A stretch of 64,000 nucleotides of DNA from Microbotryum violaceum (lineage: Eukaryota). The number at the start of each line of letters is the position of its first letter. The stretch's first letter is position 1. Below the pieces are notes generated by a model. The model was not told the DNA's origin, did not search any database, and saw only the letters and a list, made by a program, of their open reading frames with translations. The DNA lies in assembly GCA_001244265.2 (NCBI GenBank), contig CDLV01000008.1, positions 1-64,000 of the forward strand, given 5' to 3'. A program made the translations under genes and the position numbers. Below, one piece after another: positions 51,437-64,000 of the stretch.

Positions 51437-54400
51437 TGGCCAAACAGACCCTACAGGCTAGGCGGGAAATGCCTCAGACGTTGACCCTGCACCCACTCGC
51501 CGCGACCTCCCCCGCGTTCAGTGCCAAAGACCCAGGCGCTCAGTCAACCTCGTCGCCTTCGCTAGCGGTCCCCACCGGCGCCGGCTCATCGAGCGACGGT
51601 ATCCATCGCTCCATCAAGGACGCATGGGGTTTGCGTGATCGCTCCTCGACGTCGACGAACTTCACGCCTCCCATTCTGTCTCCGGCTTACTCCGAATCGA
51701 GCGGCTCGACGTACGAAGTACCCCTGACCCCGTTCAGCGCGGTCCCGACCAACTTTTCGCGCCATCATCCCCAATTCCAGTTCCTCAACTCGCCCGACGA
51801 GGTGGACGGTGACCACTCGGATGACCTGGGTGGTACCGACCGTGGCCTTCCTATCTCCGCTAGCAGTACTTTCGTTATTGACGGGGCGAGCACCGACTCG
51901 CTGCCCCGACCTTGTTCATTTGGCGACCTCGTCATGTCCGGCCACGGATCGACGTCCTCGTTCGACTCGTCTCCGACTGGGGACACAACTTCGTCGACCC
52001 TGTCGAAGCCGTTCTTGCTCTTTGGTGTAACGAACGATACGGACGTTCTTGTTGTGCCTCCCCTCCGTTATTCGCCCGACGTGTCGAGGCAGCGTGTGCC
52101 CTCGTCGAACGACAGCTTGGGCGACACAGAAACCTCATCCGCTTTCTCACCGAGCACCAGCCTCGCGAGTGTGCGAATCGCGCGACTGATCCAGCGCGAA
52201 ACGTTTGCGACGCCGGGCCTCGACCTGTCTTCGGATCAGTTGGAGGGCGGTGGGGCAACCCAGGCAACCTCGACCGGTCTGGTCGGCTACCCGGCCTCCC
52301 CTGTCACACCGGTGCTGATGGAGACCGAGTGGATCAGCAGGTCCATCCCTCGCGTCGCCGGAGATGAGCCCTCACCACGACCTAGCCCAAGTCCCCGGAC
52401 GATGGCTATGCGGCGAAACGACGTGCCGGCGCTCGAGCCCTCTCGACCACTGTCGGAAGTGTTCCTCTCGGACCTGTCCGAAGCAGACGCGAGCGTGCGC
52501 ATGCGCACCATTCTCGGTGCGTCCCTCTGTCCCAATTAGCGTTACAGCGCAGAAGGTAGAGCTCACAAATTATGCGTTTTGATGACTGGCCAGGACCCAA
52601 GACGAGGATCATTTCCCCCGCTCCTTGGGATTACCCGGATGGCGTCGCCCCCGGCGTCCAGGACGAGCCGGCGCCCTCGGCCAAGTTTCGCAAATCAGCC
52701 AACACTCGCCGGACCGAGCCGACCAAACCAACGTCACCGAATGGTCCGCCCTCGCCCGCCAAGGAGAACCTCGGCTTCAAAGCACGCCTGGGGAATCGCT
52801 CCAAGAGCTTCAGCTTGCTCACTGGCAAGAAATTGCCGGCGCATGAGGACACGTTCGAGAGCGACGCAGCGCTCAACGCGCTCATGCCCACGTCGTCGCC
52901 AATGGCACTCGGCAGTAAGGCCGCCGCTAGGATCAACACTGGGAGTACGAACAATAGCACTGGTCTCTCCAGTCCGCTCTCGCCCGCTCTCAGCGTCTCG
53001 TCGTACGGCTCGAACCGGACCCCCATCGCTTCGTCGCCCGAAAGCGCTGCTTTATCCCCGAACGACTCAGAGCGCTCAAGCATCTTGACGCTTGCAGTAC
53101 CGGTTGCGTCTGCATGTGTGCCTCAATACGCTCACGCCGATGAGTCCTCCTTTGCTCCGACCAGCAGCAGTTCAGATCTACGCGATGAGCAGAGTGCAGG
53201 GTGTGTTTCGACATCGGCCCTGGGCGAGCGAGATCCATATTACGTCGCCGCGCTTCCGGATGGTTACACCTCTCTGTCGGCCCGAAGTCCCATGGGAAAT
53301 GATGCGCCAATATTACCGACCGGACCAGGCAAGAACTACGAGCTCATCTCTCTCGACGAGGCGCGCCAGCGGGAAGAGGATCGAAAAACTGCCGTTGCTC
53401 AGCGAGGTCAAGCCAATGCGTCATCGAGTTCTGGCCCGAGACCCGACGAGCCCGCAGCAAAGCAGGATGCGTACGACTACAGCGCAGAACGCCTATCGGC
53501 CTCGACCAATGGAAGCACCATCTGTTCGCCGCGAACCAATATCCCGCCACCGGCAACCCCCGGCACAGCTGCCAAGACGCTCAAGAACCGCAGAAGTGGT
53601 TTCCTCAAGCGCATGATGGGCGTCATTGAAAAGACCGAGCCGATTCCGCGGATCCCTTCCTTGCCGCAAACCAGTCCGACCTCAGCGTCGTTCCCTCAGC
53701 AGGTCGAATCCTCCCATTCAGTGCATTCGAGCCTGAACGAATCGCCTAGCGTGATCGGTCCTGCCTCGCCGACATCAATGCTCAAATCGAGCTTTTTGCC
53801 CAGGGTCTCTTCTGGTGCGCCGGCTACTCGTGTCGCCTTCTCTTCGATGCCCGTGCCGGATCCCGAGCATCGGCTGCGCAACGGTCAAGGTGCGAACGGA
53901 GCTGCATCGGCGCCGTCGTTGTCGCTTCGACCGGTTTCGATGGCCTTCTCCGCGGGACTTCCTTCAGAATTGATGGCCGAGATCGAGGCGGCCGAGATGG
54001 AAGAAGCTAAGCTCTCAGCGCTTTCAGCGGACACCGTTATGCGCAACACCCCCGCCCTTCGATCACCGCATGCCCCCTCCTTCGTATCCGACACAACTTA
54101 TACTTCCTCAGCGTTCGAGACCGCACCAACTTCGCCTGACGTTTACACACCTCTGACCTCCGTGTTCGCCGTACCGCCGAGCACAGCACCCACGTCCCTC
54201 AAAATTGTCAGCCCGTCCCGTGGACGGCCGTGGGAAGTTGAAAGGGCCGAGTTGGAGGAGACGATCCGACTGTTACGCGCACAATTGTACGACCAGGAGT
54301 GCGAGTGCCCCGAATGCGGCCACGAGTTCAGGCACGTTCTGACTGCGCCATCGACGCCGATGAGCCCGTCGGTCGTCGATCGGCCTCGATTCCATGGCCA

Positions 54401-54524
54401 TGCAGCGTTTGGGAGTGTACGTCCCCCCTCTGCCTTCCTGAGCAAAGCTCTCCTCGTGTCGCTTCAATCTAGCCTAACGATGCCTGTCTCTATCTCGTTC
54501 TCACAGGCCCGTGTGTTGTTCTAG
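51437..54524 (+). CDS. Hypothetical Ser/Pro-rich protein, probably two long exons
   Basis: Long adjacent ORFs 51418..52539 and 52572..54524, with a short coiled coil and CECPEC near the C-terminus. No domain recognised; exon joins uncertain. Confidence 0.6.
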
Positions 54525-54821
54525 TAATCGCCGTTCTCGGACGGATGGTCTTGGGTGCGATGTGTCAGTAAAGCGGCGTTGTAATATACCACACATCCTT
54601 GATTGGATCACAATACACGAAACTCTACGCTGAGCTATATGAAGCACTAAGGTCTCATTCCCTTTCACTGACAAGCTAAGCTATGTAGAGTACTATGTGA
54701 TGTAATTGAGACCTGATGCATTGATCGAGCACCTCGCACCTTTCGCAATACTGGCCTACTACGAATACGACGACACCGACCATCACTGTGACGGTCCAGC
54801 CATCTCTTCCGAGCACTGAAC

Positions 54822-57800
54822 CTATTCCGCTTCGAACCAGTACGGGAACGAAAAGTTGGTCAGGTCGTCGGGGGAGGTGAATGCAAACTCGGGCCGCACC
54901 GCGTTTGGAGATGCGGCATTCGCGAGAGGTGGTAAATCCAGTGGCGTCGAGCTCGAGCTTTCCAGAGCAGTCAACGAGTGGGGATCGAACCCTCCGAACG
55001 ATGAGAGGGGCGACACAGTCTCTTCTTGAAACAGATTGGTGTACTGTTGGGTGAGATCCCAGTCGTACGTGTCGAACTCCGTTGATGGATGAGAAGGAGG
55101 TGGCATGGAAAGGCCGGACAAGGCGGGTTTGAGCGATGGAAGCAGAGCTGCGCCCAGGGTTGAGCTGCTCTCCTACGGTATGAAAAGAGATCAAGGGTGC
55201 CACCGTGTCAGTGGGGTAACCAGATCAGTATCGATGTGTTCGGGAACGTGTTTTGAGACGTACGAATGGATTCGGGTATCCGCCATTTCCGTAGCCTTCC
55301 ACCAAATGCGCGTGCCACCTTGCTGCAACAGCCCAAGTGGTGGCCGCTTCCAGAAGGATATTCAAGCCCGTCATGAATGTAGTTTCGGCTCTTGCAGCGT
55401 AAAACACGTCGAAGCATTGACATTTGAGGACATACAGCGCGATCTCGGCGGCGACAAAGACGTTGTAGAACAGAAAGGGGGGACACCCACTTCGGGGTCC
55501 GCGTGTCGAAAAGAAGAGCTCTGCATACGCGACGGCTTCAAAGGCTTCGTTGGTCATCATTTTGGTGGTTCTCTCCCACGAAAGAGCAGTGTGAAGCTCG
55601 CGGTCGACAAGTGAGGTTTGGTATTGCGGATCATAGACGCCCGCCGTTGAGGCGAGAAGACTGCCCGCGTTTTAGTGCGCCGTCAGTTTGAACTGGTCGT
55701 CGCACGACAAACACGAAACGGTGAGCTCACGATACTTCAAGTCTGTGCAAGGACATGTAAGCTAGCTTCAAGGTACTATTGGTCGCGTAGAATGCCTGCC
55801 GGACACGAGATGAGAACTCGGCTCAAACTCGATGGAATCGTGAAGGCGTGCTCGAGACCGGAAACTCACGAGATCTTGCTTCTGCTCTCGCCAGTGTTTC
55901 AGATTGACCGGACTCCAACGGTGGCTCGGAGGTAGATCGGCTTCCCAGTGAGCTAGTTCCGAGCGCAGTTCCAACAACTCCGCTTCACTCCAAGACCCAT
56001 GTAGCGCAGGATCGATCGAGCTCGCTTTCCTGGAAACTTTGGCCCAGAGCTCAGTGACTTGGACTATCGAGATGAGCAGGGATTGGTCGGATTGAGAAAC
56101 AGACTCGGGTGAAAGGAGCGCTGCAGCGGTGCCCATCAAAGATGAGCACGTTCTGGGCGAACGACCTTGAAGGTAAGCTTCGTCATCGCAAGGTAGAAAC
56201 GCGGTGACGTCCAGCAGGTTGAAGCCCGAGCTCGATCGATCCATCATGGGGTAGAAATAGGCGTGAGACTGTATGATCCAGAGCGTCCGTCGAGCCACCT
56301 CGGTGTCGATGATCTCTGTTCTCGTTGCATCGGGGCCGAGCTGGTGAGTCGCTTCGTCATGGAGCCTGAGATCCCATGACACTGTGTAGTGTGGGTGTGG
56401 CGAGGGTCAGCACCGACCATTGTTAGCCTTGAACCAGTTGGGAAACTCACTCTTCGTCGCAATATCCATCAGTACCTAGTGCCATGAGAATGAAAAAGTA
56501 AATGAGCTTGCTGAATGCGTACAAACTGAGTCTACGCAGCGCGGAAGCTGCACACCGAAGAGCTCTGCCGGTGCCCCTGTCCCCAGTGAAACGTCGCGAG
56601 GAGAAAAAAGGCTTGACAGGCCTCGAGCGATGGCGCGTGCGACTCGACAGCGACCATCTCCATTGCTTGATTCAGAAATTTTTCGCTCGCCTCAGATGGA
56701 GACTATTGGTGTATGGATGCCATGCTCAGCTGTTTTCTACAGCCTTTCTGGTGTGATCATAAAAGGCATGACTCACTGGGCTAGAATGTGCCGATACAGC
56801 GAGGATAGACGTGAGAAGGAAGGTGGAGACCGAGCGGGAGTCGTGACCGAGGCGAGCGATGAAAAGCGTCGCGTAGTCAAGCCCCTATGGACGTGCGCAA
56901 AACGTATGGTCGTAAGCAGCTCGTTCAGCAATTCGAGCTCCGGTAGCTTGAAGAACCAACCAGCTGCAAGTAGCAGGAGAACACAAGGTGAACGGCCTCG
57001 AAAATTTCTTCCAGCGGAGGTGGGAGCCCCGCAGCATGGATTGTCGAGGCGTTGAGGGGGCACGGCAGCTGTCGAAGCGAGGAACCATGAGGCGCTCGGG
57101 GTGGGGACGAGTCGGGGAGTGATGGTGGTAGGGACAAGTCCGGGGTTGGCTCGGTTTGAGGTCTATGCCCGGATCTTGAAGTAAACACTCCGGTCGACTC
57201 CCTTTGCCCAATTCCAGCGAAAAGCTTGCGGACAGCTTTGGACTCAGGACGATCGCCTATTAGAGGGGCCACGCGTTGTTCTTGCGACGAGCGCCTCCGG
57301 ACTTGCGTTTTTGGGGGCGCCGATGCAGGAAACGCCTTGGGGCATCTGCGTCTGAGCTATCGAGATCCAAGAAAAGTGGAGCAACAATATGTCAAATTCA
57401 TGACCCCCAGAAATACAACACTCAAAGTCTGCTCACATCCCGATGCTCAGAGGCGTGTCCTCGAGGCATGAAAACGCAGCGCAGTCCAAGCTCGTCACAC
57501 TTAGCGCAGTTTCCTACAGGGACTTTGCGTAACCGAGACTTATTGGAATCGGAGTGAAGGACATTGAATCGAGCGACGCATTTCTGCCTCGGGGCATCAA
57601 AATCAGACGATCGAGGTTGCGGCGAGGAATAAAGGGGTTTGCGGGATCAGCTCCTCTTGCCCCCCGTATCGGAGGTGGGAAGACCTTTTACTAATGCAGG
57701 GTCCTACCTGCCAAAAAATCAGATGCTCACCTGTCGGAATTCTCTACAGTGGGTGCAAGCCATGCTGCTGCGTGTCACTTTGGCTTTATTGCCCACCTGC

Positions 57801-57901
57801 GTAGAGGGGTTCAGCTCGTCGGAGATTACCGACGCGGACGCGGACGAGAGCGCGTCAACGCCGATTTCGGCCGTGGAAGACAGTGGTGGAAACCCGCTCA
57901 T
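54822..57901 (-). CDS. Zn(II)2Cys6 fungal transcription factor with Fungal_trans domain (multi-exon)
   Basis: KVTRSSMACTHCR, then QKC and CAKCDELGLRCVF in later exons; middle region DTEVARRTLWII and ELAHWEADLP. Confidence 0.8.
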
Positions 57902-59312
57902 GCCAAATACTTGTCGAGCTTGCATGACCGCGGATTGGAAGGAAATCGTGGCCACCAAAAAGACGTCAGGTCAGGGTGTATCAAAAGACGTAAAAGCAAA
58001 AGGTGCAACAAGGGGGGTCGGGGGGTGAGGCCTCTTGCAAGCGTCCTGTTGCCCCATTTCAGGTTGTCGGGGAGCAGTGTGTGAATCTCATGCCATTCTG
58101 CTCCTAGGAAAACCGACCCTCCCCTGTCCCCAGCGAGGGGAAGAGCAGCTTCGACGCTTCCGCAACGAGGAAGCGCTTCAGCCGCCGTTTTCATCGGCCC
58201 CTGATGCGAACGTGCGGCGACCGAGGCGCAACAGGGTCAGCAGGCTCGCCGCTGAACGTCTTGCAACGCGGTACACATAAGGCCACGATGTCCAAGCAGG
58301 CAAGGGATTGGCTACTTGCGGAATTATTCGGGTAATTCGGGGAAACTCGTAGACCGTGCACGATGGTCTCATCGAGCTTTGTGGTGTTCGGGGATTTGTA
58401 AAGTCTGGACGCGCGAAGAATGACCGCATGCATCGGAGTGGTGGTGCTTCGGCATGAGGGCGACCCCTTTTCGCGCCGGGAATTCCGAAACCTTGGAATT
58501 GGTGAACGTCATGGCGGGCTTGTCCGCGGGAGCGGAAATACGCGAGACTTCCCCAGCTACGAGATAATCGATAGGCTGTCCCATGGGAAACCCCGGCAAA
58601 ATGCGGAGTCAGTGGCATGGCCTTGTCCGCGAAGGAGGTCCTTGCCAACCGGCAATCCGCTCCGTCCGACGGTGGGCATGCCAAGAAAAGCTATCGTCCC
58701 ACGAAATGTCGCGTTCTTTTTTCGTGGACTCCTCATCCCCCCGCACTAGCGTGAAAGTGGAGAAACGCACGTCAACAAAATCTCGTCCAGAATCTTGGTC
58801 TCTGCCACCTCCCTGACTTCTTTGCGATGACGTGCTAAGGGGTTGGCAGGAGTCGTCACACTCTGTCACGCTCTGGCGATGATGATGACTCTGCAGCGAG
58901 AATGTCATCTCGCTTCGCTCCCGGATAGGAGGTCGAGGGAGGCCTTTTGCGTCGGTTTGGCTGGGAAAGCCGCATCATGCATTGACTGAATCTCATTTTT
59001 CAGATGCAGATCCGCGTTCCCGGCCGATCCCCGCCGGTCCCTGCCTTTCCCAAGCGTCCCATGCTTCCCAGAGGTTCATTTAGCAGTCCAGCGGCGCGAG
59101 CTGTGGCTACGCGCTTGCGCTTCGACGCTCCTTTCCATACCGCCATCTGACACGTCGTCACAATCTCTCAAAAGGTAATCGTCTGCGACACAAACGCTAA
59201 TTTATCACCTGTACCCTCGCTGCTCGCCCATCAGCCTCGTGTGGCCTCCCGGCGTCAACCTCCACCTCCTCGTTGTTCACTCCCACTCCAACCCGCGCTC
59301 GCTTCCGTCATC

Positions 59313-61068
59313 ATGGGTGACGCCGGCTTCTTCAAAGTCAGTTGCATAGCCTTTATATGATTGCCTGCGTTTCAGCTGCTGATGCACACCGATTGCGCGT
59401 GGGTAGGGCACCTCTGCGGACCAAGATCCCCGTTTCAAGAACAAGGCGCAGATGGCGATCGCAAAAATGAAGTTTCCTCCTTCCTTTGACCAGAAGGTAT
59501 GCTCAACTATCCATCGGCGCAATGTTCATCCGTTGACAGTACTTCCTCTCCCCCTCCTTCGCCTTGCGTGGTCCTCCCTTGGTCCTCCCTCGACGTGCGA
59601 CACCCCTGATCCGCTCCCGGTGGTGCACACATGGTACTATGTATGATACTACTCTGGCCTCGCTATCAGGTGGATATGCGCAAGGTCGAACTGGCCATCA
59701 TGAAACCGTGGATTGCTAAAAAAACGGTCGAATTGCTAGGCTTTGAAGATGAAGTCCTGATCGAATACATCACCTCTTTGCTCGAGGACCCTGATCAACC
59801 GGTCAGTACTCTTGACTGATGTTTTGTTACCGGGCGAGAGAGCTGAATTCCAAGTTGGTATGACTCAGATCATTGACGCCAAGAGCTTGCAACACCTTTT
59901 GACGGGCTTCCTCAACAAGTCGACGCCGACGTTCATGCAGCAATTGTGGACCCTGCTGCTCTCGGCCCAGTCGAACCCGCTCAAGGTACCGACTGAACTT
60001 TTGGAGGAGAAGAAGAAGGAGATGCGTGAGAGGGAGCAAGCGGCTGCTCTCAAGAAGAGGGAAGAGGAGGAGAAGCAGCGACAATTGGAGGAGATCAGGA
60101 GGAGGGAACGAGGTGATCGTGGTGCGCAGGGCGGAAGGGGTGGTGGTGGTCGAGGAGGAGGGTACGGGGGCGATGGACGAGGAGGTTACGGCGGTGGGTA
60201 CGGTGGTGGAGATCGAGACCGAAGAGACGGACCGGGAGGCTACCGAGGTGGGGCTGGGTATGACGATAGGCGAGGTGGTGGGAGATACGATGGCCGACGT
60301 GACAGTGGACCGCCGAGGGGACGCGACTATGACGACCGACGACGAGATGGTCGTGATGGTCGTGACGATCCTCGAGGCGGTGAACCTAAGAGGGTACGCT
60401 TTGGCATCGTTTCAGACCGGCTCGTGGCTACTCAGCTGATCAGTAAAGTCGGCGATGTACAGCGTCGCGATCACTCTCGATCGCGCTCACCCTCACGCTC
60501 ACCTCCTCGCCGTCGCGTAAGTGATCAGCCTTTAGGGAACAACTTCGATGATGCATCCGTATGCTTATTCTTGTGTTCACTGCTGCCGTGGTCTCCTAGC
60601 ACCGCTCCCCTTCCTACTCTCGCTCTCGTTCCCCTCCCCGCCGCCGACGCGATCGCCCCCCCTCTCGCTCCCGCTCCCGGTCACCCGCACCGGCCCGACA
60701 AAGCCGTCGTTCCCCTTCATCCCGAGGCGCTCGTGGAAGGAGCTACAGTCGATCTCCTTCACCTCGACCCAAGGAGTCCTTTTCGAGGAGAAGGAGCCCG
60801 TCGAGGTCGGTTTCCCCTCCTCCTAAGGCGGAAGGGTCGAAGCGAGATCTGGATGTTGAGGTGGATGATGAGGTGAGTCAATAAATTGGCTTTGCTCGGC
60901 CCCGAGAGATCCATAATCCCAGGCACCGACCGTTGCTTATCGATTCTACTGGAACAGGTCATGAAACACCGTGAGAGCGAGTTGAAGGACAGGATTAGGA
61001 GGCAAAAAAACCACGGGTCGGCCATATCGATCAAGGGGAGGGCTTCAGGACCCGGGCAGAGTCCTTAG
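59313..61068 (+). CDS. PWI-domain SR-related splicing protein (SRRM1/SRm160-like)
   Basis: MGDAGFFK|GTSADQDPRF...MKFPPSFDQK|VDMRKV...KPWIAKK...LLGFEDEVLIEY|...LTGFL...FMQQLWTLLLSAQ, followed by RGG- and RS-rich segments. Confidence 0.92.
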
Positions 61069-61387
61069 TGCTTCTGAGCCAAGTAGCCGAACTGCAGTCA
61101 GTTGACGTGTGTAATCTAATGAAAAACGTCCCTGATGCGTTCTCAGGATTTGAGCTCTCCCGGAGCCGAGCGTTTGGGTGTACTTTCTGTTCTTGAGTGC
61201 AAATTGAATGGAACGGGACAGAGTGGCTATAGAACATTTTACACCAGACACACGCCCTTAGCGAAGGTAAACTCGAAAGGGGAGCCCAAGTCGAACGGGA
61301 AAGGAGAAGGGTGGGATGCAGGAACACAAAACGACCGTAGTACCCACGGCGATGGATCGATTGAGGCGATTTTGCAGTTTAGGCCGT

Positions 61388-63194
61388 TTAGGCCTTGATC
61401 ATATCGGCTTGCTCGGGAACGACGTTGATGACCTTGCCCTTCTCGATACCGGCCACCAAGTTGTTCAAGACCGTGTTCTCCATCTGTCGTCGCGATTCGC
61501 GCGTTTCGGTACCTAAGAGCGGAGGGAGGGAGGGGCGGCGGAGAGCACGTCAGTAAGGCGCAATCTACCTTTTTCACGTGTACAGGGTTCGGTTGAGGAA
61601 CTGACCCATGTGGGGCAACAATGTTAGCCTATCGTTAGCGATCAACTTGGGGTTCACCTGGGGTTCGTTGGGGAAGACATCCAACCCGGCCGAAGAGAGG
61701 TGCCCACTCTCGAGCGCCTCGAGCAAGGCCTCCTCGTCGATGACACCACCTCGCGCGGTGTTGACGATCGCCGAACCCTTCTTCATTTTGGCGAATTGGG
61801 CCTTGCCGAAAAGTCTGGGGGTGTAGAAAAGAGCGCAAACTTGAGCCTTTTCTGGACGGTGGGATCACGGGTTTCAGCGAGAAGACAACTAACTTCTCGG
61901 TGTGGGGGTTGAGGGGGACGTGGAGTGAAACGACATCGGCCTGAGCGAGGAGCTCATCTAATGTCGAGCAGTAAACAACGGATCCAGCAGGCTAAGGAGT
62001 AGTAAAGAGGCAATATGATTCGGTCAGATGGAAGGTTGGGAGTGCGTATAAGCTCCCGAGAGCGCTTACGAAGTCGGCGAGCAAAGCCGGGTCGGCTTCC
62101 TTTCGATTGTGGTAGATGATCTTCATGTCGAAGCCAAGAGCGCGCTTTACGAGAGCCTAAGATGAGACCAGCGTTATGAGTACCCAAAAGAACTCGTTCT
62201 GACCAAATTTCGGAGACAACTCACTCGGCCGATACCGCCCATGCCAACGATACCGAGCACCTTCTGCTCGACGTCGTTCTGGAATGCGGGAGAACACCCG
62301 TTCTTGAACTGGCCGGCGTGGAGCGACAACTGGGCCTTCCAGAAGTTGCGCAGGGCCGAGATGATGAGGAACATGGCAACGGTCGCCGTTCCGTGGTCGA
62401 CGGCACCGGGGGTGTTGGACAGTTGGATGCCTCGCTTGGTGCAAGCCTAGTATGGGGTAGGAGGGCAAGGATGGATCAGTTTTGCCATCCCATTCAATTT
62501 TACAATTCGTTCCTCGTTTTGGGAATGTGTCGTTCTCGCGTTGGACCAAGAGGAAGGGGCCACTTGACCCCGCGATCGCGAGGTGAAGTTGGCACGTGCG
62601 GAAAGGGGCGAGCGAGCTGACCAACTCACGTTGACATCGATAGGCTGTGATCCCACGTCTATGACAGTCAGTGCACATGTAACTGAACCGTTGCTGTACA
62701 GAAACGAAGAACTCACGTCGTATCCGGCACCATGGTGAGCCAGGATCTTAACCGAGGCCGGAAGCGCGTTGATGAGCTCGGCGTTGAGGGGCCCGATCGC
62801 AGGGCACGAGTTGTTGTACAAGGCGACTGCCTCGGAGAAGCGACCTTTGCAGTCGGCGAAGAACTCTTCCCTGTTCTTGGAGTCGATGGGCTGAAAATAT
62901 TCGTTTGCATTGTTTACAAGGTGGAGTACATTGGGGTCAGTTTTGGGCTTGTTTGGGATGGGGGGCGTCGTCGGATTTCTCTTTCCCGACGTGGGGGAGC
63001 GAAACGGGAACGGGGGGAGAGACGAGCGACCTCGTGAATGAAAAGGGGGGTGGGAACTTGACCCTAGCAGCGGAAGGAGCGGACCATCAGCAACTTACCT
63101 GGAAGGTGTACTTCTTCTCGAGTTCCTGTTGCTCTTCAGTGGCGTAGAGCACTTTACCGGCAACGAGGATCATGGGCTTGGTGGTGGCAGGCAT
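61388..63194 (-). CDS. D-isomer-specific 2-hydroxyacid dehydrogenase (glyoxylate reductase/D-mandelate dehydrogenase-like)
   Basis: HHGAGYD, SNTPGAVD, LGIVGMGGIG, IIYHNR, MKKGSAIVNTARGGVIDEEAL, GLDVFPNEP and LLPHMG. Confidence 0.93.
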
Positions 63195-64000
63195 GGTGGG
63201 CAACGACGAGAATGAGAATTCGCGGAGATGGGTTGAGGAAGGAGGAAGGCGAAAGGAGGAAGCAGCAGCAGCAGCTCGAGCAGCGCCTATCAATTATCGC
63301 TGAGACGGAGGTCAAGCACCCCACAGACATCCGAGGACGCCAACGGCGCGACTGACGAGACACACTGCCTGCAGGTTTGGTTTTGAAATCGGTCAACCGA
63401 GGCTGACCGCCTGCCTGTAGCGAACGTCGGCCAACCCACGGTCGGCGCCAGCGGCGGCTTAGCGGCGCCTCGCCGCCTCCCCCGTGGTACTACCACTCTC
63501 CTCACCACGTTGCTCTGCTTCGGTGTAGCTTACCCCTCTTGAAACATTTTCCTAGATCTGTTGCATCACTCTTCAAACCTTCGCAACCTCCCACGAAGGA
63601 CTTCTCACCAAGCGAACGTCAGTCTTCGGTTTGGTGATCTCCGAGCTGAGGTCGAACAAACCCGCGTTCGGAACCGGCCCGGCCCGGCCGCGCGTCCACC
63701 CTCCGGGTGGGGTTCTGCGACAACCGCGCCCGCGCACGGTTGTTGATAGACGATCAAGTGGGAGAGGAGTGGGTTGGGGAACTCCGCAATCAATCCGCGT
63801 CGTTCAATGAGGATGGTCAGGCCAAGCCTGATCGCGAAATGACAATTGCCCGTACACCTTCTGCTGGCGTGTGACTCTTATGTCTTGAGTACAGTCCTGC
63901 ATCCAACAAAGATGACCAAATTTCACGGCGATCTCCCCAAGTACCACACGCCCCCCAAGTCACCGAGAGTACAGGGGCGGAGTCGGGAAAGGCGAGCTGC

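Overview
Eukaryotic fungal genomic DNA, probably a basidiomycete (inferred from many short GT-AG introns and the protein style). The window has two parts. (1) About 1-29.3 kb has no recognisable host protein-coding gene. It holds APE-endonuclease/RT non-LTR retrotransposons (L1/Tx1-like; I label them A, B and C, plus an orphan poly(A)-tailed unit D). From 6.8 to 24.9 kb they all lie on the minus strand, and the stack ends 30-70 bp upstream of an intron-containing tRNA-Arg(ACG) gene with their 5' ends facing it. Positions 1-10,900 form one large inverted repeat whose 36-nt centre matches two short sequences found elsewhere in the window. After the tRNA come a Helitron helicase relic, a tRNA 3'-half with CCA, a hairpin plus tRNA-like unit, and a possible gypsy relic. 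(2) About 29.3-64 kb is gene-dense ordinary DNA: FAR-17a/AIG1-like, VPS33, HisRS, GH5 glucanase, DHHC palmitoyltransferase, a complex I subunit, mitochondrial bL28, ATG11, a Ser/Pro-rich protein, a Zn2Cys6 factor, a PWI/SRRM1-like protein and a D-2-hydroxyacid dehydrogenase. The best candidate for an undescribed system is a fungal LINE group that inserts repeatedly, in one orientation, just upstream of tRNA genes (like Dictyostelium TRE5). This is inferred from one locus only. Many frameshifts in the repeats sit in homopolymers and may be assembly errors. Gene coordinates are start-to-stop spans including introns, read by eye.
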